Position numbers and translations under genes: made by a program. From Octopus vulgaris (lineage: Eukaryota), in NCBI GenBank assembly GCA_951406725.2, contig OX597833.1, positions 60,016,001 to 60,080,000 on the forward strand: a stretch of 64,000 nucleotides of DNA, read 5' to 3'. This document shows, in pieces, positions 26,740 to 40,200 of this stretch (position 1 is its first letter; each line of letters starts with the position of its first letter). Under the pieces are notes generated by a model. It saw only the letters and a program-made list of their open reading frames with translations. It did no database searches and had not been told where the DNA came from.

Positions 26740-28838
26740 TCTATCTACCTAACTATCTATCTATGTGTGTGTGGAGGTGTGTGGCTTAGTGGTTAGGGTG
26801 TCAGCATCATGATCGTAAGATTGTGGTTTCGATGCCTGGACCGGGCGATGCGTTGTGTTCTTGAGCAAAACACTTCATTTCACGTTGCTCCAGTCCACTC
26901 AGCTGGCAAAAAGGAGTAACGCTGCGATGGACTGGTGTCCTGTCCAGTTGGGGAACACATACACCATAGAAACCAGGCTCATGGGCCTGGCTAGGCTTTA
27001 AAATTGGCGTATTTATTATTTTATATGTATGTGTGTATATATATATATATATATAATTTATCTTTTACTTGTTTCAGCCATTAGACTGCAGCCATACTGG
27101 GGCACCACCTTGAAGGATTTTTAGTTGAATGAATCAACCCCAGTCCTTTTTCTTTCTAAACTTGGTACTTATTCTATAGGTCTCTTTTGCTGAACCGCCA
27201 AGTTTCAGTGACGTAAACACACCTGCACTAGTTGTCAAGTAGTGAGGACAAACACAAGACATATACACACACACATATATATATATATATACACACACAA
27301 CAGGCTTCTTTTAGTTTCCATCTCCCAAATCCACTCACAAAGTTTTGGTCAGCCTGAGGCGATAGCAGAAGACACCTGCTCAAGGGCCATGCAGTGAGAC
27401 ATATATATATATATATATATATACATATTACTGTCTGTGGAGATATATTGTAGTAAAAGAATTAGTAGTTTTGACTGCTATTTCTAAATTTCGGTATGTG
27501 GTGAAGCAACCTTTGCTGATCTCTTAATTATGTGTATATATATATATAAAATTAACAAATAAATATTTCCTTCTCAAGCCATGCCGGGCTCATAAGGGCT
27601 GGTTTCCCGGATTCAGTGGCGTATATATTCCCCACCTGGATGGGACCCCAATCCATTGTAGGATTGCTCATTTTTGCCAGTTGAGTGGACTGGAGCAACA
27701 TGAAATGATGTTTGGCTCAAGAACACAATGTGTTGTCCAGTCCAGGAATTGAAATCACAATCTTACGATCATGAGTCTAACACCCTAACCACTAGACCAC
27801 ACGCCTCCACAATATATATATCTCTCTATATATAAACGGCAGTTTGTCTGTGCGTGTTTCTGTGTGTCTGTTTGCTTGTACCCTCACCCTGACCACGGCT
27901 TTCAACCGATTCTGATGAAACTTGACACACACATAGCCCAATGTCATAATTAAAAACTAACGCAGCGAAAATTTTGAAAAGTTCCCCCAGTTCTGAAAAA
28001 AATCGATAAATTCGACATGGGGTCGAGAATCAGGAACACAAACCACAAACTGTGTAGGGGACGCAACTCCACCTTTTTTAACTATCAAAAAAAAATTTAC
28101 CATCATTTTTTCCCATTTTTTTGCTGTTTTTTGGCTATAACTCTCTAAAAATGCTTTATAGTTATTTCCCTTACAAACCTGAGCAACGCCGGGCGATACT
28201 GCTAGTATTTATATATATTCGGTACAAGCAATTAATATTCAAGTGAGTTCTGTTGAATTCACATGAATATGGTACTTAACTTGGATGCACCAGAAATCTA
28301 TTTGGTGTTAACCATACGACAAAGTGGGGTGATTATAAATAGGAAAAAAGCAACAAGAATGGATCAATATTTCGGTACAATTGTTTCGTACGAAGACATC
28401 TTTAATAAGGCTACAAAAATTGCAGTAAATATAGGTGACTCGTACTCATCAGCCGAAAAAAACATCTGAGATTCCCAAACATCAAAGGGGGTGATGTTAC
28501 ACTTGTGAAACATCATGGAAAGTTCTGGGAATCTCAGATGTTTTTTTCGGCTGATGAGTACGAGTCACCTATATTTACTGCAATTTTTGTAGCCTTATTA
28601 AAGATGTCTTCGTACGAAACAATTGTACCGAAATATTGATCCATTCTTGTTGCTTTTTTCCTATATATATATATGTTGTTGTGTCTGGGGAGGGTCATTC
28701 TCTTTTAGTGCCTTATCATTTAACACACACACTGGTAAAGTTTCCACTCATTTACTTATTTATTTTTCTAAAATTTCCATTGCGCCTTGCAACCTTTTCA
28801 ATAGTCGTTGACTATTGAAAAGGTTGCAAGAGATATTG

Positions 28839-28873
<35 letters not shown>

Positions 28874-30375
28874 AATAATAATAATTGTGTACAGTGCTCA
28901 GGTGCACTACAACTCATCTAAAGTGTATATATAATCAGGTGTAGTTTCGGCGGATTTCGGAAAGCATGAGGGCCTTAAAAGATGCAGTGTCATGGCAGTC
29001 AACAACTGACGCAGGCAGTTTATTCCATGCTTCAGCAATTCTGAGCGTGAAAAAATGTTTCCGAAAGTCATGGGAGCTGTATTGTTTTCTGACTTTGTAG
29101 GCATGTCCACGTGTGTTAGACACATGGAGATCAAAAAGGTGTTCAGTGTTGTTGTTGGTGAGGTGGTTGATAACTTTGTGGGTGTTTACCAAGTCCGTCG
29201 CCAAACGCCGGAGCTTCAGTGAATCCATGCCCAGGGAAACAAGGCGCTCAGAATATGGTAGGTGTCTGATGGAGGGTATGCGTTTGGTTGCACGTCTCTG
29301 GACAGATTCCAGGAGGTCAATGTTCTGTGCAAGATAGGGGTTCCAAACTGATGATGCGAATTCCAAGTGTGGTCGTACCATAGCTGTATACAGTTTTAAA
29401 TAGATGGCTGGAGAGCGGCTAACAAAAGACCTGCTGAGTGATGCCAAGACACCCTCGGCCTTCCTGACAATCTTAGAGATATGCTTTGACCAACGCAAAT
29501 CACTGCTGACAGTGATGCCTAGGTCACGCTCACAAGAGGATTTCTTGATATCAGTGTTGTGGAGGGAGTATGTGAACGCAGGGTTTTATATATATATATA
29601 TATATATATATTTGTGAATGTGTGTGTGTCTTTAGCTACAGTGCCAAAGTCATCATATAACCATTTCCTTTGTCTTTTAACAGATTAGCATTTGATGAGG
29701 ATCGGATGCCAACCCTAACCGACGAAACCTACCTACAGGACATCCACAGCATCAGCTCCCTTCTTAAGATGTATTTTCGAGAACTTCCAAATCCCTTACT
29801 CACATACCAACTCTATGATAAATTTGCTGTAAGTCCTTTGTTACTTTTACTGGGTGATTCAGTCCTAGGGATCCCAGAATTCGTTTTCTCACTAAATGCA
29901 ACAACAATTGAAATGTTGATGTGTGTGTCTGTGTATGTATATATGTGTGTGTGTGTATATTTGTATATATGTGTGTGTGTGTACATATATATATATATAT
30001 ATTGTTCGGGTGGCACGTAAAAAGCACCCACTACACTCACGGAGTGGTTGGCGTTAGGAAGGGCATCCAGCTGTAGAAACATTGCCAGATAAGACTGGAG
30101 CCTGGTGCAGCCTTCTGGCTTCCCAGATCCCCGGTCGAACCGTCCAACCCATGCTAGCATGGAGAACGGACGTTAAACGATGATGATGATGATGTTCATA
30201 TACACACACATCATCATCATTTAACATCCATTTTTCTATCCTGGCATGGGTTAGATGGTTTGACTGGAGCTAGTAAGGCCAGGGGCCACACTGGCACCAT
30301 TGTCTGTTCTGGTATGATTTTTACAGCTTGATGCCCTTCCTAGCACCAACCACTGCATAGAGTTATATATATATA

Positions 30376-30408
<33 letters not shown>

Positions 30409-33400
30409 TGAGAGAGAGAGATAGAGAGTTATATACACATGCACACACACTCAGATATACTTACATATAAGACTGGTATACAGAGTGACTGTAACTTCAA
30501 AGTTTCATCAGTAAAGAGTTGTTTGAAGAGCATCCCTTTGTTGATAATCCTATATTTACAATAAGCCATAAGTGTTGCTATCTTCCCACTGTTGCTAATA
30601 ATTGTAGACTGTATGTAAATATCCTCCAAACTTATATCTCTGCTACATAAATCCATGATGATGATGATAATGATGACGATGATTGGCACACCTCTAATTT
30701 TATCATTTCAGAAAGCTGTTCAGGCAGAAGACAAACTCCATTTGATCCATGATGTTGTTCAGCAGTTACCCCCACCGCATTACAGGTATTTTGGCTTTGG
30801 CTGCCTAGTCGTGGTTCTTTGTATTTCAGATAAAAAGGGTGCAAGTTCAAACCTCAATGACCAGCTTTTGGGACAGTACACTTGATTTTTCTTCCCTGTG
30901 TTCACCAAGCAGAAATTTTGTCATGGTTAAATGTTTAGCATTAGCCTCTTCGCATTTAAGCTTGGCCGTATCTGGCCAAAATTTTCTACCTATTTTATGT
31001 TCAGACTGGCCAGATCTAGCTTCTCACTCTTATACTACAATGTTATTCATCATCATCATTGTTTAACGTCCATTTTCCATGCTAGCATGAGTTGGACAGT
31101 TCGAACGGGGTCTGGGAAGCCAGGAGGCTGCACCAGGCTCCAGTCTGATTTGGCAATGTTTCTACAACTGGATGCCACTCATAATGCCATCCACTCCAAG
31201 AGTGTAGTGGATGCTTTTTACGTGCCACGAGCATGGGAGCCAGTCAGGGGGTACTGGCATTGACCATGTTCGGATGGTGCTTTTCACATGCCACCGGCCC
31301 TGAAGCCAGTCTGGGGGGCACTGGCAATGACCACATTCGGATAGTGCTTTTTACATACCTCTAGCACGGAAGCCAATCTGGGGGCACCAGCATCAACCCA
31401 CGCTCAAATGGTGCTTATTATGTGCCACCAGCACAGGTGCCAGTCGGGTGGCACTGGCCCCGATTATGATTTCGATTTCACTTGACTCAACAGGTCTTCT
31501 CAAGCACATCATATTGCCCAATGCTAATAATAATAATAATAATTATTATTATAATCTTACTACATATGGTGATTTGTGACAGTTTTCCTTCCAAGTATAC
31601 CTCTCTCTATCCCCCCTCTCCTTCCTCTCCTTCTCTCTTGTCAGCTTTGACAAGAAACAATTAAAAAGAATTTATAAAACAAGCTTCTGTTGCAACAAAT
31701 TAGTCAGTGTTTTGAAAAGGGTCTTGCTGAGATATGGCCCTTGATCGTACTGCATGTTAGAACTGGTCCATTATGGTTGAAGGAGGTACTGATATATGTT
31801 AGGACTGATCCATTATGTTTGAAATTAGTATTTAATTAGAACAAACTGTGACAAACGTTGCAGACATCATCATCATCATCATTTAGCGTCCGCTTTCCAT
31901 GCTAGCATGGGTTGGACGGTTCAACTGGGGTCTGGGAAGCCAGAAGGCTGCACCAGGCCCAGTCTGATCTGGCAATGTTTCTACGGCTGGACGCCCTTCC
32001 TAATGCCAACCACTCCATGAGTGTAGTGGGTGCTTTTTACGTGCCACCGGCACGAGACAATATCCTCAACAATGCCATTCACAATAAATTTCTGCGGTTA
32101 TCTTCTGTGGCCATTAAACATAAGATATAAAGGGTGCCTGGCACCCTGATTAAGGTCAGCTAATGCAGAAATGCAATTAATTAATCAATAATCTAAATGA
32201 ATTCTGTTTTCAAATGTTTGCCTAATCTTTTTACTTTGTAGAACGACTGAATACCTCATCCGACATCTGGCTCGAGTTGCAGCTTTTGGCACTGAGACAG
32301 GAATGCATTCCAAAAATCTGGCCATTGTCTGGGCACCGAATCTCCTCAGGTTTGTCGTGTTTTCTTTTTTTCTTTCTTTTATGGTCTCTCAGCTGGTACA
32401 AAACTGCTACAAATCAATCAGCATCAACATCTATTGATGCTCTCTACCTTCACATGGATGAGCTGTATACACACATGCATGTATGTGTATATATACACAC
32501 ATATGTGTGTGTATATATATATATATATATATAAAATCCTTGTTCTCTCTCTCTCTTTCTACACGATAACACTTCCAATCAGTTAAGATCAGAAGCCATG
32601 AGAGCCACTGTCTGGTACTGCATCAGGGCATTTATTATTATTATTATTATTATCATTATTATTATTATCATTATTATTAAGAAGGCGGCAAGCTGGCAGA
32701 ATCGTTAGTGTGACGGACGGAAAGTTTAGTGGTATTTCACCCATTTCTACATTCTGAGTTCAAATTCCACTGAGAGCAGTTTTACTTTACGTCCTTTTAG
32801 GGTCGATAAAGTAAGTACCAGTTAAACTCTGGGGTCAATGTAATTGACTCAACCCCGTCCCCCCAAAATTGCTGCCCTTATGGCAAAATTTGAAGCCATC
32901 ATTATTATTGTTATTATTATTATTATTGTTATTATTATTAAGGCAGTGGTGAACTGGCAGAATCGTTAGTACACTGGACAAAAAGCTTCGCAGTTTTTTG
33001 TCTGTCTTCACTTTCTGAGTTCAAATTCCACTTTTCATCCTTTCAGGATTGATGAATTAAGTACCCTCTCTCCTAACATTTCACTCTTTGTGCCTTTAGT
33101 AGAAAGGATTATTCTTATTATTGTGTACCAGTTGATGTTGTTGCTGTAGAATGAAATCTGTCATAAAACATTTTGCTCTTTGTTCCAGATCTAAAGAACT
33201 TGAACTTGGTGGCGGTGTAGCAGCACTCCAGGGCGTCAGCATTCAAGCTGTAGTCACAGAATTCCTTATATGTTATGCTGACTTAATCTTTAGTGATAAG
33301 ATGCCCTCCTACTCGTCACCGGAACTCAGACGTAAGTTGTGAGACTTTTACTTTATATAAATCTTGTAGTCGATCTCTGGAAAAGGACTGAGGTAAGTGT

Positions 33401-34374
33401 GACACAGTGTGCTGTAACCACACAGTTGAGGTCAAAGGTCAGTATGATGGGTTTGGAGACTGGTATAGAGCAGTGCTTCTCAACCACTTTTTAGCTATGC
33501 ACTTCTTTGATTCCTATCTTACTCAGATGGACCCACCTAGCCATTCAATCCTATTATAAATTTGAGTGAGGTTTCTCGGTCTGTTACGGACATAAAATCA
33601 GTCTGTTACGATTTTATGTCCGTTAACTCCTCCTAGACCATTGGCGCAAGGACGATGAAACTCAAACCAGCAACTCTCCTAATCCCAGGGAATGTCCTAA
33701 GGTGGTCTATTTTTTTAAGGGCCACCAAATTGAGGCAACACTGATCCCACTATTTCTATTGCACTTTAAACTAAATACATGGCACTTGGCGACCAATCAG
33801 ATCAATGATAAGGAATTTCATACCATGAACTCCCAGGGAGTATCATTAGGGGTTCAATTTCTGAAGGACCACTTAAATGGTGCCCCACTGACCTCATCCC
33901 ACCCTTATTTTTACTACATTTACCTCGCTCCCACGCTTATTGATTAAACTATAATCAGCATCAGTGTTTTGAGTACAAAATTTGCAGAAAATAAGTTTTG
34001 GGCATTCTAAATACCTTCACATACATTCAAATCGAGATAAAGAGTTATAACAGGTACATTTCAGGTGTAGTAGTGTGGATATGTATAGTTTGTAGTTTAT
34101 GAAATTTATGTCTTGTATTTTAAGAAATCCTGTTTTTATAGTTAAATATTATTAAGAATTGTATTAAAAAAATGTTAAAATATTTTATAGAAGTGTAACC
34201 AATTTACTGTGGATAAATTTTGAGTACAAAATCTTATATGGACCCCAGTTGAGAATCTCTGGTTATTATTATCATCATTATTATTATTATCATTATAATC
34301 ATTATCATCATCATCATCATCATCATTATTATTATCATCATTATTATTATCATTATTATTATCATCATTATTAT

Positions 34375-34408
<34 letters not shown>

Positions 34409-37194
34409 CATCATCATCATCATTATTATTATCATCATCATCATTATTATTATTATCATCATTATTATCATCATCATTATTATCATCATCATTATTATCA
34501 TCATCATTATTATTATCATTATTATTATCATCATCATCATCATCATCATCATCATTATTATTATTATTAAAAATTCTTAGCAGTATTTCATTTGTATTTA
34601 CATTCTGAATTCAAATTCTGCCTTTCATTGTTTTGTACTCATTTGAAAAAAAAGAAAAAAAAAGGACCAGTTATGCACTGGGGGTCGATGTAATTGATTT
34701 ACAACCCACCCACCTCATCTCCGAAATTGCTGGCCTTGTGCCAAAATTTGAAATCATTATTATTATTATTATTGTTGTTGTTTTTGTTTGTTATTGCAGA
34801 ATCCCAGAAGAAGCCCCGCCCAAAATCACTTGCAATATCCACGCCAACCCGGTTACTCACTCTGGAGGAAGCTCGTGAACGAGTACTTTCGTCTCACAAC
34901 GTTCCCAGTCAGAAATATATTGATGTTGGTGGTGGACCGGAGAAGTTACCACCGAAATACCACACAGTTCTAGACTTGCCAGGATACAAGTAACTCTCTC
35001 TCTCACACATCTTCATCTTCCTTATTTCTTTCATTATTTTCCTTATCGTCATTGTTACCATCATTTTCCTCTCTAAGGCGACGAGCTGGCAGAACTGTTA
35101 GCACGCCGGGCGAAATGCTTAGCAGTATTTCGTCTGCCGCTACGTTCTGAGTTCAAATTCTGCCGAGGTCAACTTTGCCTTTCATCCTTTCGGGGTCGAT
35201 AAATTAAGTACCTGTTACACACTGGGGTCGATGTAATCGACTTAATACCTATGTTTGTCCCCTCTGTGTTTAGCCCCTTGTGGGTAATAAAGAAATAGGT
35301 ATTTCGTCTGCTGCTATGTTCTGAGTTCAAATTCTGCCGAGGTCGAACTTTGCCTTTCATCCTTTCGAAGTCGATTAAATAAGTACCAGTTATGCACTGG
35401 GGTCAATCTATAACACTGTCTACAAAAGCAACCAATCCACACTTGCTCTATTATGTTCAATCAACTGGACTGGCACATTTAATATAATATGCATTATACC
35501 ACCACAGGCGGCGAGCTGGCAGAAACGTTAGCATGCCGGGCGAAATGCTTAGCGGTATTTCGTCTGCGTTACGTTGTGAGTTCAAATTCCGCCGAGGTCA
35601 ACTTTGCCTTTCATCCTTTCGGAGTCGATTAAATAAGTACCAATTACGCACAGGGGTCGATGTAATCGACTTTGCCTCTCATCCTTTCGGGGTCGATTAA
35701 ATAAGTACCAGTTACGCACTGGGGTCGATATAATCGACTTAATCCATTTGTCTATCTTTGCTTGTCCCCTCTGTGTGTAGCCCCTTGTGGGTAGTAAAGA
35801 AATAGGTATTTCATCTGTCTTGACGTTCTGAGTTCAAATTCCACCGAGGTCGAACTTTGCCTTTCATCCTTTCGGGATTGATAAATTAAGTACCAGTTGC
35901 ATACTGAGGTCAGTCTAATCGACTGGCCCCCCTCCCCAAAAATTTCAGGCCTTGTGCCTAGAGTAGAAAAGATTTTCCTCATTGCTTTGTTGTCATCTTC
36001 TTAATCTTCATCATCACCTTTTGGTACTTCCTAAGCTATTCTGTCAAAATGCTTTGCTATGAATTGGAAAGTACAAATTTAGGGAACAGTGCCTCATAAA
36101 GGTAGCAGAGCTGCTACATACAAATTATAGAAGCAATATACAAATTATAGGAACATAGATATCAGAGGAACAGGAAATAAGAAAACATTCCAACTAGAGG
36201 CTGTTTGATTAATGTAGAGAAACTGATATTCTAATATTTATTATTATTATTATTGAGTGAGAGAGCAGTTCATGTCATCAAAATGACACTGGGGTAAAAT
36301 ACATGAAGCCCAGTATACCCATCATGACTACCCATCTGATAAGGGTACACCAGGCTCATGCATCACACCTATATGTGCACAACATGATGATCTCATATCA
36401 AGATAAACAGCGCATTAATAGACATTTTCCTCTTTGGTCAAGGCCTCATCAACTTTTTCAAGTTTCTCTTGAAAAGGAAGATGAGGTTAGAGAGGAGAGT
36501 GCTGTCCGATAGCAAGTTTTCTGAAAGGTGGGTGAATTGTGCAAGAATGGCCAGTATAAATGGACCAATTCTCAGGTTTCGCCTGTAATTGAAAAAGGTA
36601 TTATAAAAGGAGAAAAGGGCTCTCTATCCCCTTTTGACCAGGCTCCTGTGGCTTTTATGGGTTTCTCCACGTGAGACCTTTTCTTTTTTTTTTTCGAAGC
36701 GTCTCCTCTATTGGGAGTTTTGTAAATTGTTGACATTTTTCGTTGTTATAAAGCATGTTTACACGAACTTTTTCTTTCAAAAAGCGGACAAAACCTTTTG
36801 TAACCTTTCGTCCTGTTTTGTCCCTTTATGTTTTCCAATCATGTTTGTCAGCCCTTGTGGCCAATAAAAAGAATTTATTATTATTATTTTATTATTATTT
36901 TTTATTTTTTCTATAAATTCAGTCATGGAAACTTAAGAAATTTATAAATGTGATGGAGAACCGTGTCATATAGTTGTGACTTCAACTTGTATTAAAACCT
37001 TGTTAAATGACACTGTGAAACAGTTACTATTAGGTGCAGGAGTGGCTGTGTGGTAAGTAGCTTGCTTACCAACCACATGGTTCCGGGTTCAGTCCCACTG
37101 TGTGGCACCTTGGGCAAGTGTCTTCTACTATAGCCTCGGGCCAACCAAAGCCTTGTGAGTGGTTTTGGTAGACGGAAACTGAAAGAAGCCCATC

Positions 37195-37233
<39 letters not shown>

Positions 37234-40200
37234 TGTGTGTGTTTGTCCCCCCTAACATCGCTTGACAACCGATGCTGGTGTGTTTGCGTCCCTGTAACTT
37301 AGCAGTTCAGCAAAAGTGACCAATAAAATAAGTACTAGGCTTACAAAGAATAAGTCCTGGGGTCGATTTGCTCGACTAAAGGCTGTGCTCCAGCATGGCC
37401 ACAGTCAAATGACTGAAACAAGTATAAAAGAGTAAAGAGTCAAGGAAGGCTGTAAATCTTGCAGTCTCAGCCAAGACTTGTAAAGTAGGAGACTCATGCT
37501 GAATATTGAGAACCATAATATAAAGGGAGATAAGTCATTTCTATCTGAATCTCTTCCGAACTCACTTGTACTCAAAGGTGTCTACTTAATTCCTCACTTA
37601 CTTATTTATAGTCAATATTCTGAGTTAGTACTTGATCTATTATTATAATTATTAAGGCAGCAAGCTGGCAAAATTGTTACTGCACCAGACAAAATACTTA
37701 GCAGCACTTCATCTGTCTTTACAGTCCGAGTTCAAATTCCGTCAATGTTGACTTTGAATTTCATTCTTTAGGGGGTCAATAAAATAAGTACTAGTTGAAC
37801 AGTGGGGTTGATGTAATCGACTTACCCCATCCCGCAGATATATACACACGACAGGCTTCTTTCAGTTTCCATCTACCAAATCCATTCACAAGGTTTTGGT
37901 TAGCCCGCAGCTATAGTAAAAGACACCTGCCCAAGGTGCCATGCAGTGGGACTGAACCCTGAACCAAGTGGTTGGGAAGTAAACTTCTTACTACACAGCC
38001 ATGCCTGCACCTTTAATTCTCATCCAATTATTCTCAAGTGATACTTGAGGGTTCACTCATACTCATAGACGCTCATAGACAAAAAAAAACCAAAAAAAAC
38101 TGACCCATACTCAACAATTAGAAACATTCAGCTTTATTAGTGTTAGCCCCAGGATGGGACACTGAACTTTAAAACTTTTGTCTTTTCAGGAAGAAGTCTC
38201 GAGATGCTAGCAGTATGACTACCCTCAATAAACCAAAGAAGTCTCCAGTCAGTGGGTGGAAGTCATTCTTCAGCAAATCTCGGACAAGCAGTGTCAAACA
38301 GAAAGTCCGCAAATCTAGTCTGCAAGGTTCATTGTATGACAGTAAGTATTGCCTTGTTGATCCCTAGTTAGGGTTGGTGGTACTTCAAACAACCCTGTCG
38401 TTACAACACACCCTTATTGTTACGTAAGATGCATAAAGGAGTACAGTTCACATCTGTAAGATGGTGTTGATGTTACACATGTGCATGCATGCACCAGTAT
38501 ACTCAAACATGTGGCAGCGCAATGGCCCAGTGGTTAGGGCAGCGGACTCGCAGTCATAGGATCGCGGTTTCGATTCCCAGACCGGGCGTTGTGAGTGTTT
38601 ATTGAGCAAAAACACCTAAAGCTCCACGAGGCTCCGGCAGGGGGTGGTGGTGATCCCTGCTGTACTCTTTCACCACAACTTTTCTCACTCTTACTTCCTG
38701 TTTCTGTTGTACCTGTATTTCAAGGGGCCGGCCTTGTCACTCTCTGTGTCACGCTGAATATCCCCGAGAACTACGTTATGGGTACACGTGTCTGTGGAGT
38801 GCTCAGCCACTTACACGTTAATTTCACGAGCAGGCTGTTCCGTTGATTCAGATCAACCGGAACCCTCGTCGTTGTGACCGACGGAGTGCTTCCATACTCA
38901 AACAGTTCCAAAATAAAGCCAGTCAACTGATAACTGATTCTGTGACCACAGGTTTCAATCACTGACTTATAGACATCATCATCATCTTCGCTTAACGTCC
39001 GCTTTCCATGCTGGCATGGGTTGGACGGTTCAACTGGGGTCTGGGAAGCCAGAAGGCTGCACCAGGCTCCAGTCTGATCTGGCAGTGTTTCTACAGCTAG
39101 ATGCCCTTCCTAATGCCAACCACTCTGTGAGTGTAGTTGGTGCTTTTTACGTGCCACCGGCACAGGGGCCAAAGGTGGCTGGCAAACGGCCACGATCGGA
39201 TGGTGAGTCTTTTACCATCACCACCACCACCACCACCATAGCCTCTGTTCCTCTGAAGCTATTTACCTTTTCCATCCAACCCCCTCCTGTTTCCTACTCC
39301 CACTTTCACTCATGCTGTCTGCCACATAACCTAACCCCCTCTCCATCCTCTATCACTCATGCTGTTTTGCATTCTTCTTCTCTTTGGCCCCTACAAATCT
39401 TGAAAGCCCTGCAAAACATCCGTTAACCCTTGCTCCTTATTTTCCTTAAAATCCTGGCTATTTTCCTTAACTCCCTCCACACACACAAACACAATCTCAA
39501 TATGATGATGTCTTTGATGACAGCAATGAATGGTGTTGTTTTGGTTTTTTTTTGCAGCCGATGGTGTTAGCAGTGTTTGTCCAAGCAAGGCCATCACTGA
39601 GGAAGATGTACACAATTGGAAAAAGAGACGGTTACGTTGTGCCAAAAGTGCTGAGTCATTGTTATCATTATCTAGTCATAAGAACAGTGTTAGCAGTTCA
39701 AGCAGTAACCCACGTGGCTTCACTGACCCCGGCATGGTGGTCAACTTGTACACAGGTATCCCATTTTATGTACACTCTCTTCTTTCACTGACCTTGGCAA
39801 ATTTGATGTGAATTGATCCAAACTTAGCAAACAGTTCATCTTAGTTTAGTTTAGTACTCTGGCCTTGTGCCTAACTCAGAAACGATTATTGTTGTTGTTG
39901 GTATAGTGGATTAAGGGATTCTGTAGAGAGATGGATTAACCCTTTAGTGTTCAGATTATTCAATCAAACATAATGCTTATTGATTCCCATTGATTTGAAT
40001 TAATCATGCATTATCTCATATCTTTAAGATCTTGATGGTGTAATTACTTAATGTAGAATAACATTGTAGGGTAGGTGTGAGAGCCTGGATCTGGTCAGTT
40101 TGAACATAAAACAGATTAGATATTTCGGCCGGATATGGCCGGTTTAAATACTAAAGGGTTAAATGACCTCTGGTAATTTGTTGCATAACTTCAAACTGTG

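Larger units (their letters stand above)
28339..28664. repeat. Perfect inverted repeat, 139-bp arms, 48-nt loop (Penelope-like terminal-repeat fold-back)
   Basis: 28339-28477 is the reverse complement of 28526-28664 by visual alignment. Confidence 0.9.

Noticed and set aside
27905-27930. CTGATGAAAC as a hammerhead core
   Set aside because: No stem II between the core elements; lies inside a Helitron
34175-34608. Homopolymeric ORFs on both strands
   Set aside because: (ATT/ATC)n microsatellite
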